Below, in pieces: positions 10,184-20,596 of a stretch of 64,000 bases of DNA. Made by a program: the position numbers and the translations under genes. The notes beneath the pieces are model-generated. The model was not told the origin of the DNA. It did no database searches and saw only the letters and a list, made by a program, of their open reading frames with translations. Each line of letters begins with the position of its first letter. The stretch's first letter is position 1. Origin of the DNA: an uncultured Eubacteriales bacterium (GTDB lineage: Bacteria > Bacillota > Clostridia > Oscillospirales > CAG-272); assembly GCA_948467545.1 (NCBI GenBank), contig CAOKER010000013.1, forward strand, positions 3,694 to 67,693. Reading direction: 5' to 3'.

Positions 10184-12592
10184 ATGGAAAGTAATTCAGA
10201 GAAGAAAAAACCGGTAATAAGCAATGATCTTTTGAAGCTTTTGACACGTCATGAAATTTCGCCTGAGAAAATAATCTATTCCGCAAAGCTTGACAGGAAC
10301 CGCGAGGGGGTATACCTTGAAAATCATATACTTTTTACTGCGGAAAAGGTATATTTGATAGGTTACATAACGGAGATAGAAAAAAGCTTTATCAAACGTG
10401 CTTCAGGCATGTTCGGACGTATATACGGCAGTATATTCGGAGCTCATTCCGATACAGCGGTTTGTCGGATTAATGAAATCTCGTTTTATGAATATGATAT
10501 TGACGAGATAGACGAAATTCGTACCGAGGAAATGATTTCCGGATTTTGTCTTACTGCCCGCCGTAGAGATTCAAGGGGCGGGCCTTATGACGGAAATTAT
10601 GACGGGCCTTATAACGGGCCTTATGATAATTATTTTATTTTAAGCTATCTTACATGCGGTGCAAGAGAAGCCGCAGAATTGACGGCGCGTGTATTTAATG
10701 CTTATAAAAAGACGGGGGAACTTCCTTCGGAGCCCGCAGACGATGACTTCAGCGACGGAGAATGTCCGCGCTGCGGAAGAAAGCTGAGCAAAAGGCCGGA
10801 GCAGGATATAGCGGTATGTCCGAAATGCAGCAGGGCGTCCAATGTTGTAATGCGCTTTTTGTCTTTTTTGGGAAAATACCGTTATAAGGTAATAGCAATA
10901 GCTTTGTGTTTGTTTGCAAGCGCAGGACTTTCCGTAGTTACGCCGTATGTCAGTACCGGATTTTACTACGATAAGGTATTGACCTTGGGAGGCGAATTTT
11001 ACGGCAATCTTTTTCTTGTTGTTGTTCTTCTGGTTGGAACCCGTCTGCTTACTCAGCTTGTTGAAATTGCCAATGGCGTCGTCAGTACAAGAGTAGCAGC
11101 GGATATTATATATGATCTCAAAAAAACAATTTTTTCTGCATTTGAAAGACTGTCGGTTTCATTTTTTACGGGGAGACAGACCGGTGGTTTAATGCAGCAG
11201 GTTGACGGGGACTCGAACACAATTTACTGGCTTTTCTGTGAGGGGTTTCCGTATTTTTGCATAAACGTTATAGAAGTTGTGGCTGTTTTCGTTATAATGC
11301 TTACTATAAATGTGCGTCTTACGCTGTTGTCGGTTGTTACAATTCCTGTAGTCATAATATGCTGGAAGCTGATATATTCACGTATAAGATCCTATAATGC
11401 GAAAAGCTTTACGGCGTCACGGACTCTCCGGGCTCTTATAAGCGATCTTCTTACCGGTATGAGAGTTGTTAAAACATTTGCAAAGGAGGAGGAAGAGGGA
11501 AAACGATTTGACTTTCACAGCAAGGATCAGGCGGATGCGGAATACAACGCGTCATTTTTCTGGCAAAAGACCTTTCCGCTTTCTTATGTTCTTTTGTATG
11601 CCAGCAATATTGCTGCGCTCGGGTTTGGAGGCTGGTCGGTAATACAGGGAGGAATGACGTACGGAAGCTTTTTCACATTTATAACATACATAAATTTTCT
11701 CTATAACCCGATGTTTTATTTTTTCAACGTTTTAAGTGCTTTTTCCGATTCTGTAAACGCGATGCAGAGAATGATGGAAATTATGGATGCCGAACCTGAT
11801 GTTGTTGAGGACGAGAATCCTGTTAATATGCCTCAGATAAAGGGTGAGGTCAGCTTTGAGGACGTTAGCTTTGCTTATGTGGGAAGCAGAAAAGTTTTAG
11901 AGAACATTTCGTTTCATGTAAATCCCGGAGAAACGCTCGGAATTGTAGGACATACGGGAGCCGGAAAAAGTACAATTGCGAATCTGCTTATAAGACTGTA
12001 TGATCCGGTTTCGGGCCGAATTACAATAGATGGTGTTCCGACAAAGAAAATCGCTCTGAGCGACCTTAGGAGAGAGGTGTCGATAGTTTCTCAGGAGACA
12101 TATCTTTTTGTCGGTTCCGTTTATGATAACATAGCATACGCAAGACCTGATGCAAGCCGCGGCGAGGTTGTAAGTGCGGCAAAAATAGCCGGTGCACATG
12201 ATTTTATAATGAAATTGCCTGATGCATATCAGACGCGTGTCGGTCATGGATATATGGAGCTTTCGGGAGGAGAAAGGCAAAGAGTTTCGATTGCAAGAGC
12301 GATACTCAGAAATCCCAAAATTCTGATTCTTGATGAAGCGACAGCCGCAATGGACACTCAGACCGAGAGAATGATACAGTTCGCACTTGAAAAGCTTTCA
12401 CATGGGCGTACGACAATAATAATAGCTCATCGTTTGTCAACGCTTCGGAATGCTGATAAAATAATTGTGATTGACGGAGGAAAAATTCCGGAAAGCGGGA
12501 CGCATGAAGAGCTTATCGGCCGGAACGGAATATATTATAAGCTTTATAAATACCAGCTTGACGCTCTAAAGAATATTGGAATTGAGGAGTGA
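10184..12592 (+). CDS. ABC exporter (fused TMD-NBD) with ~250-aa cytoplasmic N-terminal extension ending in a zinc ribbon
   Basis: Walker A GHTGAGKST, signature LSGGERQR, Walker B ILILDEAT, six TM helices. N-terminal CPRCG...CPKCS. Start ATG 10184 follows AAAGGAAG; the track ORF starts at 10127. Confidence 0.85.
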   Translation: MESNSEKKKPVISNDLLKLLTRHEISPEKIIYSAKLDRNREGVYLENHILFTAEKVYLIGYITEIEKSFIKRASGMFGRIYGSIFGAHSDTAVCRINEISFYEYDIDEIDEIRTEEMISGFCLTARRRDSRGGPYDGNYDGPYNGPYDNYFILSYLTCGAREAAELTARVFNAYKKTGELPSEPADDDFSDGECPRCGRKLSKRPEQDIAVCPKCSRASNVVMRFLSFLGKYRYKVIAIALCLFASAGLSVVTPYVSTGFYYDKVLTLGGEFYGNLFLVVVLLVGTRLLTQLVEIANGVVSTRVAADIIYDLKKTIFSAFERLSVSFFTGRQTGGLMQQVDGDSNTIYWLFCEGFPYFCINVIEVVAVFVIMLTINVRLTLLSVVTIPVVIICWKLIYSRIRSYNAKSFTASRTLRALISDLLTGMRVVKTFAKEEEEGKRFDFHSKDQADAEYNASFFWQKTFPLSYVLLYASNIAALGFGGWSVIQGGMTYGSFFTFITYINFLYNPMFYFFNVLSAFSDSVNAMQRMMEIMDAEPDVVEDENPVNMPQIKGEVSFEDVSFAYVGSRKVLENISFHVNPGETLGIVGHTGAGKSTIANLLIRLYDPVSGRITIDGVPTKKIALSDLRREVSIVSQETYLFVGSVYDNIAYARPDASRGEVVSAAKIAGAHDFIMKLPDAYQTRVGHGYMELSGGERQRVSIARAILRNPKILILDEATAAMDTQTERMIQFALEKLSHGRTTIIIAHRLSTLRNADKIIVIDGGKIPESGTHEELIGRNGIYYKLYKYQLDALKNIGIEE

Positions 12593-12682
12593 AATTTTGT
12601 ATCTCACTGATTTTACGGCAGCTGTATAAAATTGAATCGGGGGGATTTTTCTCCTGTTATTAGGTCGGGCTGTTAATACTGA

Positions 12683-13360
12683 ATGAAAAAGGAAGCCTGT
12701 AAGGATAAGATAATAAGGGTGGTTTCTAAAGTGATGGGTAATGTTAATGAAAGTAAATTAAAGGCAGTTACGGATAATAATTCCCTTGATTCTGCCGCCG
12801 ATATTTTATTTCTTAATTCTGAAAATGCGGAATTTGAGGAGGCCGGAGATTTTGTCTGTCTCAGACTTTCGGAAAATGCCGCTGCGCATCTTGCGGCAAA
12901 AGCGGCGGAGGATTTTATTGCGGCTGACGAAAATCTGCCCGAGGCCGATGATTTTCTTTATTTTCCGAGAGTATTATTTCACAGAGCCTTTCCGTTTGAC
13001 GCACCGGACAGTTATATATCAGTCTATGATACGGAATCAAAGGAAATCGGAATAATAAAGGAGCTTGACGGGCTGAACGCTGAGCAGAGAAATCTTGTGA
13101 GGCGGGAACTTGAAAGAAAATATTATGCTCCGCGCATAAGTAAAATTTATTCTATAAGCGAGCGTCAAGGTTTTTCAATCTGGAAAATCGAAACCGAAGC
13201 CGGAGTATTGGAACTTACGCTGCGTGATAATTTCAGAAGCATAATACATGCGGGAGGAGACAGAATTTTTATTGCGGACAACATTGGAAACCGCTATGAA
13301 ATTGAAAGCTTGTCCGCTCTTGACCGCGCCAGCATTAAGAAAATTGAAATATATTTGTAA
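12683..13360 (+). CDS. DUF1854-like ABC-transporter-associated protein
   Basis: The C-terminal ~130 aa reads like DUF1854 (RAFPFDAPDSYISVYD, RKYYAPRISKIYSI, GNRYEIESLSALD). Located between two ABC exporter genes. Confidence 0.7.
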   Translation: MKKEACKDKIIRVVSKVMGNVNESKLKAVTDNNSLDSAADILFLNSENAEFEEAGDFVCLRLSENAAAHLAAKAAEDFIAADENLPEADDFLYFPRVLFHRAFPFDAPDSYISVYDTESKEIGIIKELDGLNAEQRNLVRRELERKYYAPRISKIYSISERQGFSIWKIETEAGVLELTLRDNFRSIIHAGGDRIFIADNIGNRYEIESLSALDRASIKKIEIYL

Positions 13361-13415
13361 TTCTGAATCGGTGATTTTGATTATTAAAGCCGCGAAAGCG
13401 GCATGAGGTATTTTA

Positions 13416-15749
13416 ATGGAAACAAGGGAGATTCTTACACGGCGCCTTTCGGAGGCAGACAAGAGGTTTGCAGAGGATTCGCTCCGCTCGGTTGTTGCTT
13501 TTGGATTTAATCTTCCGAAAAACGGAAGCTGTTTTGTGGATGGAGCCGTGTCCGTTGTCAGAGGCGGTCCTTCAGATTCAGGATATATTATTATCTTTCC
13601 CGATTTGCACGGAGTAGGAAAATCGGTTTCTCCGGAATCAAGTTCGGATGGCAGGGGAGGAGTTAAAAAGAATTTTAAACACGGTGAAAAAAGCTGTGTT
13701 TTCGCGGAACAAGCGGAACAGACGGTATATATTGCGCTTGATTCTGTAAAAAGCTTTGATTATAAAGACGGAGTCGGCTGCGTGATGATGGAATATACGG
13801 ACGCAGACGGACGTTCTCATTTGCTTTGCCGTGCAAGCATGGAATATGCTCTGCTGTATTCATCTGTCTCTAAGCAGCTTAACCGTTGGCTTTCTGTCGG
13901 AAAGTATGATTATCGATACGAATCATCTGTAGAAAAAAACTGTCCGAAATGCGGCCGTCCGTATAAGCAGGGTTCGAATGTATGCCTTTCATGCACAAGC
14001 GGTAAGCAGTATCTGAAGAGGCTTTGGAACATAGCAAGGCCGTACAGGGGATATATTTATTTCTCGGTATTGCTGTATTTTTTCATATCGGGACTCGGAC
14101 TTCTCTCTCCTATGCTTACAAGGATACTTACGGACGATTATATTAAGGCTGATGAACTGCCGCGTTTATCGGGATATATTGTTACGGTTTTCATGATATT
14201 TGCCGTTTCGCTTGTTTCCAATATAATCGGGGCAGTTCGTAATATTGTAATTTCTAAGACCGGAAGCCGGGTAATTGTTGATTTGCGCGGAATGCTTTTT
14301 GACAAAGTGGAATCGGTCAGTATTTCGAATATCAACAGACGTACAGTCGGGGATATTATGTCCAGAATTACCGGAGATACGGGAAATCTTCGCAGCTTTA
14401 TTGTAAACGATCTCGGAAGGGCTGCCGAGATGGTTGTGACTTTCATAGGAGTTTGCGTTTTTCTTTTTGTATATGATCCTTTGATTGCATTTATTGTATT
14501 GCTTCCGATGCCTTTTGTTTATTATCTCAACAGTATTTTTAGGAAGTATGTGAGGAAGCTGTACCACCGCAGCTGGAAGGTTTCTTCGAGGGCAAGGACT
14601 ATAATGCACGATATTTTTTCCGGAATACGTGTTGTTAAGGCATACGGGAGAGAACATTACGAATGCGGACGGTATGACCGTGCCATAAATCAGGAGCGTG
14701 AGGCGACGAAGCGCAGTGAATATACATTTTCCGTATTTATGCCGCTTTTGAGATTTATAATGGGCGTCGGTGAATTTTTTGTAATATACTATGTGGGAAG
14801 TCATATTCTTGACGGTACGATGACGCTCGGATATATGCAGCAGCTTGTGTCTTATGTAAGTATGATATACGCGCCGCTTTTTTGGTTTTCCGGACTTATG
14901 CGGAGACTTACAAATACGCTTACCTCGGTTGTTAAAATATTTGAAATACTCGATGAGGAGAGCGATATACAAGAAAGAGATAATCTGATTTCGTTTCCGA
15001 TTGAAGGCAATATAAAAATTGATAATGCCGCGTTTGGATATGGAAATTCGGCAAGTGTCCTTAAAAATGTCAGTCTTGAGATTAATAAAGGTGAAATGGT
15101 AGGAATTGTCGGACGCTCGGGAGCGGGAAAAACCACACTTATAAATCTGATTCTTCGTCTTTATGATGTAGAGGACGGTAAAATTACAGTAGACGGAGTT
15201 GATATTAGAGATATATCACAGAGCTCTTTGCGTTCTCAGATAGGAACGGTATTGCAGGAGACGTTTCTTTTTACGGGTACCGTTTACGAGAATATCGCAT
15301 ACTCTAAGCCGGGCGCGGGATACGGCGAGGTGATTACCGCTTCAAAGCTTGCAGGAGCGCATGATTTTATCATGCGTATGCCTGACGGATATAATACGCT
15401 GATCGGAGAGCGCGGAATGACGGTATCCGGAGGAGAACGTCAGCGTATATCAATTGCAAGAGCGCTGCTTCATAATCCGAGAATTCTTATTTTGGACGAA
15501 GCGACAAGCGCACTCGACACCGAAACGGAACGCCAGATACAGAAATCTCTTGCGGCTCTTACCGCAGGGCGGACTACGATTGCAATTGCGCACAGACTAT
15601 CGACGCTTAGAAATGCAACCAAGCTTGTTGTTCTCGATAAAGGAACGGTTGCCGAAATCGGTTCACATGATGAGCTTATGAGAAAAAAAGGTATCTATTA
15701 CGGTCTCGTAATGGCACAAAGGCAGATGGGAAAAATCAGCCGTCGGTAA
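13416..15749 (+). CDS. ABC exporter (fused TMD-NBD) with N-terminal extension and zinc ribbon, paralogous partner of 10184-12592
   Basis: Walker A GRSGAGKTT, signature VSGGERQR, Walker B ILILDEAT. N-terminal CPKCG...CLSC before TM1. GAGG lies 8 nt upstream of the ATG. Confidence 0.85.
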   Translation: METREILTRRLSEADKRFAEDSLRSVVAFGFNLPKNGSCFVDGAVSVVRGGPSDSGYIIIFPDLHGVGKSVSPESSSDGRGGVKKNFKHGEKSCVFAEQAEQTVYIALDSVKSFDYKDGVGCVMMEYTDADGRSHLLCRASMEYALLYSSVSKQLNRWLSVGKYDYRYESSVEKNCPKCGRPYKQGSNVCLSCTSGKQYLKRLWNIARPYRGYIYFSVLLYFFISGLGLLSPMLTRILTDDYIKADELPRLSGYIVTVFMIFAVSLVSNIIGAVRNIVISKTGSRVIVDLRGMLFDKVESVSISNINRRTVGDIMSRITGDTGNLRSFIVNDLGRAAEMVVTFIGVCVFLFVYDPLIAFIVLLPMPFVYYLNSIFRKYVRKLYHRSWKVSSRARTIMHDIFSGIRVVKAYGREHYECGRYDRAINQEREATKRSEYTFSVFMPLLRFIMGVGEFFVIYYVGSHILDGTMTLGYMQQLVSYVSMIYAPLFWFSGLMRRLTNTLTSVVKIFEILDEESDIQERDNLISFPIEGNIKIDNAAFGYGNSASVLKNVSLEINKGEMVGIVGRSGAGKTTLINLILRLYDVEDGKITVDGVDIRDISQSSLRSQIGTVLQETFLFTGTVYENIAYSKPGAGYGEVITASKLAGAHDFIMRMPDGYNTLIGERGMTVSGGERQRISIARALLHNPRILILDEATSALDTETERQIQKSLAALTAGRTTIAIAHRLSTLRNATKLVVLDKGTVAEIGSHDELMRKKGIYYGLVMAQRQMGKISRR

Positions 15750-15760
15750 TGACGGTTTGT

Positions 15761-16855
15761 TTATCTCAGCTGCGATACTATACAATCGGTATAATAATGC
15801 TGCAGTATTTCTTCTGCGAGAAAGCCCTGTGCAGCCATGTCGTCGGCGCCGTATTGACTCATTCCCACACCGTGTCCGGAGGCGCGCCTGTCCTTTTCGG
15901 ATGTCGGGACGGAACAGAGATATGCGATCGGACTTCCCCAAACGTCTTTTGCATTTTTGGTTTGATTTACCGAGCTTGAATGCCATACGGCACAGATACA
16001 GCTTCCGTTGTAGGTTATAACTTTATTTTCCGTATCATAAACTGCGGCTTCTGCGGTTTGAATAATGCTGCTGCCCGATTCTCCCCATTTGTCATAGCTT
16101 GAAGATTTTGGTGTATATGCGCAGCAGTGTGAAGTTGCGTCGCAGAGGTATATTCCGGTATGTTCGCTTGAATCCTGACCGCTGATGATTTTATAAATCG
16201 CATATGTTCGTGCTGCAATTGCCTGAGCACGTATTGCTTCGGTTCCGAAGTATATCGGCATTTCAGAAGCAACGACACCGGTTACGTAGTCGTGAAGTGT
16301 CATTTGAAGTGTTTGACTGCTGTCATGAATATAGACGGATACTATACTGCAGTCGTTGATTCCGCAGCTTATCTCAGGACAATAAGTATACTCGGATTCC
16401 CAAGATATATTGTTTCCGGAATTTGCCGCCTCAGGCTGTGAGGCTTGTGTTTCCGTGCTTTCCGAAACGGAATTTTCGTGAGCTGTTTCGGACGATACAT
16501 CGGAGCCGATTTGATTGTTCTGTATACTTCTGTCTTCTTGAGTATTGCCGTCGTCTGTTTGACTGTCAATGTCATTTGTCGGTTCATCTTTTATTGTTTC
16601 GGATATAAATGTATGATAATCTGCTCTTATTGCCTTAAATGCTTCTTCCAGTACAATATCGGCGTACGACGCTTCATCGGTTTGTACGTTGGTATTTTCG
16701 GATAGCGCGGGAAGCATTTCCGTTTCGGAGTCACATGTTTCCGATTCTTCCGGCGCATTTGTGTAATCTGTTTCTGACGGCAGTGAAACCGTATCGGGAA
16801 TAAAAAGACATATTGAAACAGCAGTTATAATAATCATAATTAAACTTGCTCGCAT
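15761..16855 (-). CDS. spoIID: SpoIID/LytB-domain protein (stage II sporulation protein D-like)
   Basis: Signal/TM segment MRASLIMIIITAVSICLF, an acidic Ser/Thr/Glu-rich linker, then a SpoIID-like C-terminal domain (AIAARTYAIYK, HGVGMSQYGA). The track ORF extends to 16969; ATG 16855 has an AAAGGAAAA RBS. Confidence 0.75.
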   Translation of the reverse strand: MRASLIMIIITAVSICLFIPDTVSLPSETDYTNAPEESETCDSETEMLPALSENTNVQTDEASYADIVLEEAFKAIRADYHTFISETIKDEPTNDIDSQTDDGNTQEDRSIQNNQIGSDVSSETAHENSVSESTETQASQPEAANSGNNISWESEYTYCPEISCGINDCSIVSVYIHDSSQTLQMTLHDYVTGVVASEMPIYFGTEAIRAQAIAARTYAIYKIISGQDSSEHTGIYLCDATSHCCAYTPKSSSYDKWGESGSSIIQTAEAAVYDTENKVITYNGSCICAVWHSSSVNQTKNAKDVWGSPIAYLCSVPTSEKDRRASGHGVGMSQYGADDMAAQGFLAEEILQHYYTDCIVSQLR

Positions 16856-17201
16856 AAAATCGTTTTCCTTTCGTTTTAAAAGGTTGTCCTGAATGATTTT
16901 TTTATGGGTTTTGTAAAAAACTATGCAGCAAAGATTCTTTTTATGATTGACCTTTAGCACAGGCCTCATTCAGAGAAATGCTGTTCATGCAAAGTTAACT
17001 GATAGTTCATCTGATTGTACAGAAGTGAATTTTGTTAAACAGTACAATAATATTTATTGACAGCTTAATGCTGTGTACAGCAAAAAAGCTAATTATACCC
17101 GCAATTTTACAGTGTAAAATCGTGTACGGTGTATTTTTATTTTATATTTGGTACGGATATTTAATATTACAGCTATATCTAAAGGATGGTTATATTTCAT
17201 T

Positions 17202-18011
17202 ATGAAAATACTTGTTGGAATAAACGGAGATGCGGAGAGCTTTGTGGCAGCAGTAATGCTGAAGGAGCAGGGAAATGATGTTATGGGCGGTGTAATTAAC
17301 TGTACGGGGGCAAATGTTTCTTCTGCGGCCGCAGCGGCTGAAAAAGCAGGAATAACCTTTGTTACTGTTCCCGGAGAGGGTGTGACAAAATCAAAGATCG
17401 CGTCCGTGCTCTGCGCTTATGCCCGTGAGAACGGCTTTGATGCTGTTGCAACCGGGCATTATTGTCGAATTTTTAAAGATGGTGAGAAGCAGTCAAAAGA
17501 CAGTGCAATAGGCTGTGCCGCAACCGTTGCATGTGTCGAAACTGCCGTATGTAAGGAGCTTGACCAAAGCCATTTACTTTCCGGTCTTTCCGCGGAGGAC
17601 GTTAAAATGTTTATCTGTCCGGCAGGAACACTGTATAAGGAGCAGGTTACAGAATATGCTTCGGCTCACGGATTTTATAATGCAACTCCTGTATATTGTG
17701 ACCGGCCGTGGATAAGCCCGGTGCCTGCTAACTCCGTAAGAATCGGAAGTATTACTGTTCAGGGGTATGAGGGACCGGACTTTGACCGAGGATATTCAAG
17801 CTATATTTGTTCGTCGGTACTGAAAATCGGAGATGACGGCAGGACCGTAAAAGGTCATGTATATATTCATAAGGTTGTCGACGACGAACTTGTGGCAGAT
17901 ATAATTTTCTTTACAATGGGAGTCTCGGTAAAAATCGGTGAGAGTATCGCAGTTTATAACTCCGACGGCAGACTTCAGATTGGCGGAGTAATTAAAGAGA
18001 TTCTTGACTGA
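17202..18011 (+). CDS. MnmA-like protein with degenerate PP-loop (probable pseudoenzyme)
   Basis: MKILVGINGDAESFVAAVMLKEQG aligns to the MnmA sequence GMSGGVDSSVAA, with SGGxDS replaced by NGDAES. The ATGHYCRI motif is retained. Only 269 aa. Confidence 0.55.
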   Translation: MKILVGINGDAESFVAAVMLKEQGNDVMGGVINCTGANVSSAAAAAEKAGITFVTVPGEGVTKSKIASVLCAYARENGFDAVATGHYCRIFKDGEKQSKDSAIGCAATVACVETAVCKELDQSHLLSGLSAEDVKMFICPAGTLYKEQVTEYASAHGFYNATPVYCDRPWISPVPANSVRIGSITVQGYEGPDFDRGYSSYICSSVLKIGDDGRTVKGHVYIHKVVDDELVADIIFFTMGVSVKIGESIAVYNSDGRLQIGGVIKEILD

Positions 18012-18127
18012 GCTGTGACCTGATTCCGAGCTGTCTTATTTTTATACTGATTAATTTGCGCGGTCAGCTTATCTTATGCACCCGCGCATTTTATTTTTGT
18101 ATCCGAATGAGGGGAGAGAACGCTTCA

Positions 18128-19198
18128 ATGAAAGATAACGGTAAACTTAATATTATGTCATCTTCCGATATTCGTTCGGCTGTTAAGAGCGGGATAAACG
18201 GTATCTATATATTCTGCGGTCCTGAGGAGTATATGCTTGAAAGCTGTCTGAAAATGGTTAAGGATAAGCTTTTGGGAGAGGACGAAGAAAACGGTGTTTT
18301 TGCATATACGAGAATAGACAGTGACGGCAGTGGCGGAAAATTGAATTTCAAGGAACTTATAAATGCTTCCTCTACGGTTTCACTGTTTTGCGAAAGACGT
18401 CTTATAGAGGTGCGTTCTGTGAATTTCAAGCTCATGAATGCGTCTGAAACCGATAATTTTTGTATGTTGCTTGACGAGCTTTCGGAAAATAAGGATAATG
18501 TGGTAATTTTTTATGCAAGAGATGAAGAAATTGATACCGGAACGCTGCCGAAAAAAGCGTCTTCGTTTATCACCCGCGTTGCGTCACATGTAAGCGTCGT
18601 GTATTTTGAAAGACAGACGCCGTCAAAGCTCTCGGTATGGATGTTAAAGCATTTCGGTGCGTTCGGTGTAACGGCGTCACGGGAGCAGTGTTATAGGATT
18701 ATGGAGCTTTGCGGAGGCTCAATGCGTCTGATTGCGTCGGAAATAGACAAGCTTTGCGCATATATTTTATCCTCCGGCAGACTGGAGGTTAGGGCGGAGG
18801 ATATAGATGCCGTCTGCTGTATTTACAACCCCGAAATGCAGCCGTTTGCGGTATCGAATGCTATTTTGTCAGGAGATAGGGATGCGCTTTTCGCAGCATA
18901 TTTTGATATGAAGTCAAAAAAGGTAAGACCTGAACAAATTCTTGCTCAAATTTCTTCTGTGTGGTGCGACCTTCAGACGGTCAATGTGCTTGCGGATTCG
19001 GGAGAAAACAGAAAAGCGATCGCGTCGGGACTTGGAATGCATGAATTCAGAGTGGGCAAATATCTCGAAGCCGGACGTATAATCAGCCGAGAAAGGATTG
19101 CCGTCACGGTAGAGAAGTGCGGAGAGGCTGACAGGCTTATTAAAAATTCGCAGGCAGACGCTTATCTTATACTTGAACGTCTGATTGCGTTTTTATGA
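18128..19198 (+). CDS. holA: DNA polymerase III delta subunit
   Basis: 356 aa and HolA-like in my reading (IYIFCGPEEYMLE near the N-terminus, helical C-terminal domains). GAGGGGAG RBS before ATG 18128. Confidence 0.65.
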   Translation: MKDNGKLNIMSSSDIRSAVKSGINGIYIFCGPEEYMLESCLKMVKDKLLGEDEENGVFAYTRIDSDGSGGKLNFKELINASSTVSLFCERRLIEVRSVNFKLMNASETDNFCMLLDELSENKDNVVIFYARDEEIDTGTLPKKASSFITRVASHVSVVYFERQTPSKLSVWMLKHFGAFGVTASREQCYRIMELCGGSMRLIASEIDKLCAYILSSGRLEVRAEDIDAVCCIYNPEMQPFAVSNAILSGDRDALFAAYFDMKSKKVRPEQILAQISSVWCDLQTVNVLADSGENRKAIASGLGMHEFRVGKYLEAGRIISRERIAVTVEKCGEADRLIKNSQADAYLILERLIAFL

Positions 19199-19209
19199 GG
19201 GATTTTATA

Positions 19210-19863
19210 ATGAAAAGAGAATTGATTAAAGTCCCGTATCCCGTTATTGTAGAGGGAAAGTATGACAAGATACGCCTTTCCTCCGTAATAGACGCGCATA
19301 TTATTACCACCGGAGGCTTTTCGCTGTTCAGGGATAAGGAGAAGATCGAATATCTCAGGAAATTGTGCGACAAGCGGGGGGCGGTAGTTGTATTTACCGA
19401 CAGCGACGGGGCAGGACTTGTCATCAGAAATTATCTTAAAAATGTTCTTGGAGAGGGGCGCAGGATTTATAACCTTTATACGCCGCGTGTAAAGGGCAAG
19501 GAAAAGAGAAAAAGGATACCGTCTAAGGAAGGTGTTCTGGGCGTAGAGGGAATAGACTGCGGCAGTCTCGGAAGTATATTTGAGACTTTTCTCGGCAGAG
19601 TCGGCAGCGAAAGTGAAGAAACGATAAACAATGCTTCCGGAAGAAAGAACAGAAACAGCGATAACGGCTTCCGTCAAATTGATAAGTCAAGATTATATTC
19701 TGACGGTCTTTCGGGAGGAGAAGGCAGCCGCGATAAGCGTGCCGCGCTGTGCAGAGTTCTCGGAATACCGGAAAACATATCTGCGGGAGCGCTTATCGAG
19801 GCTATAAATCTTTTGGAGGCCGCGGACATATACGATAAGTTTGTTTCGGATTATTCGGAATAA
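19210..19863 (+). CDS. Toprim-domain protein (RNase M5 / DUF4093-like)
   Basis: VIVEGKYDKIRL and VVVFTDSDGAGLVIRNYLK (Toprim Glu and DxD). Overlaps the holA stop. Confidence 0.6.
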   Translation: MKRELIKVPYPVIVEGKYDKIRLSSVIDAHIITTGGFSLFRDKEKIEYLRKLCDKRGAVVVFTDSDGAGLVIRNYLKNVLGEGRRIYNLYTPRVKGKEKRKRIPSKEGVLGVEGIDCGSLGSIFETFLGRVGSESEETINNASGRKNRNSDNGFRQIDKSRLYSDGLSGGEGSRDKRAALCRVLGIPENISAGALIEAINLLEAADIYDKFVSDYSE

Positions 19864-19920
19864 TTTATTTCAATTGATATATCTTTGCTTTTTGGTTATA
19901 GAAAGGTTGCTGTCGTAATT

Positions 19921-20367
19921 ATGAAAAAGATGATTGAATTAATTAAGAAATACAGAGAGCTTATTGTATATGTCATCTGCGGAGGGCTGACTACAGCGGT
20001 AAGTTTTGCGTTTCAGGCTTTTGCGGGATATTTTTTTGCCGGTGATAATTATACTGAGCTGAGAACCGCAATATCATGGGCAGCCGCTGTATTGTTTGCA
20101 TTTTTTGTCAATAAATTTTTCGTATTTAACGATACGGAGAGGGAAAAACATACGTCAGAAAACGATGATGCTCATCGTGGCTTTATGCAGTTTGTTTCAT
20201 TTGTGGGAATGCGTTTGGTTTCGCTCGGACTCGAAATGATAATAATATCTTTCGGCGTCAGGGTACTGCACATGAACGATTTTATTCCAAAGCTTTTTGC
20301 TCAGGTTGTTGTAGTAATTTCTAATTACTTTTTTAGTAAATTTATAATTTTCACAAAGAAAAGATAA
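19921..20367 (+). CDS. GtrA family membrane protein
   Basis: ~148 aa with four TM helices and a GtrA-like ending (VVVISNYFFSKFIIF). Confidence 0.7.
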   Translation: MKKMIELIKKYRELIVYVICGGLTTAVSFAFQAFAGYFFAGDNYTELRTAISWAAAVLFAFFVNKFFVFNDTEREKHTSENDDAHRGFMQFVSFVGMRLVSLGLEMIIISFGVRVLHMNDFIPKLFAQVVVVISNYFFSKFIIFTKKR

Positions 20368-20596
20368 AATACGGTAATATATAAGAAACGAAAATGTCAG
20401 TTATAGATATATATTTCTGATGAAAATTGTTAAAATTCATACAATGCTATTGAAATTCATGCAAAAATAGTGTATTATAATATTCACAGATATTTGCAAT
20501 ATGCTTGTCTTATCCCGAATTCAATGTGATTTTACTCTGGCTGTTGTAAAAATCATACAAAAATAAAAAAAGAGTTTTTTGGAGGGAGGAGTCTTA

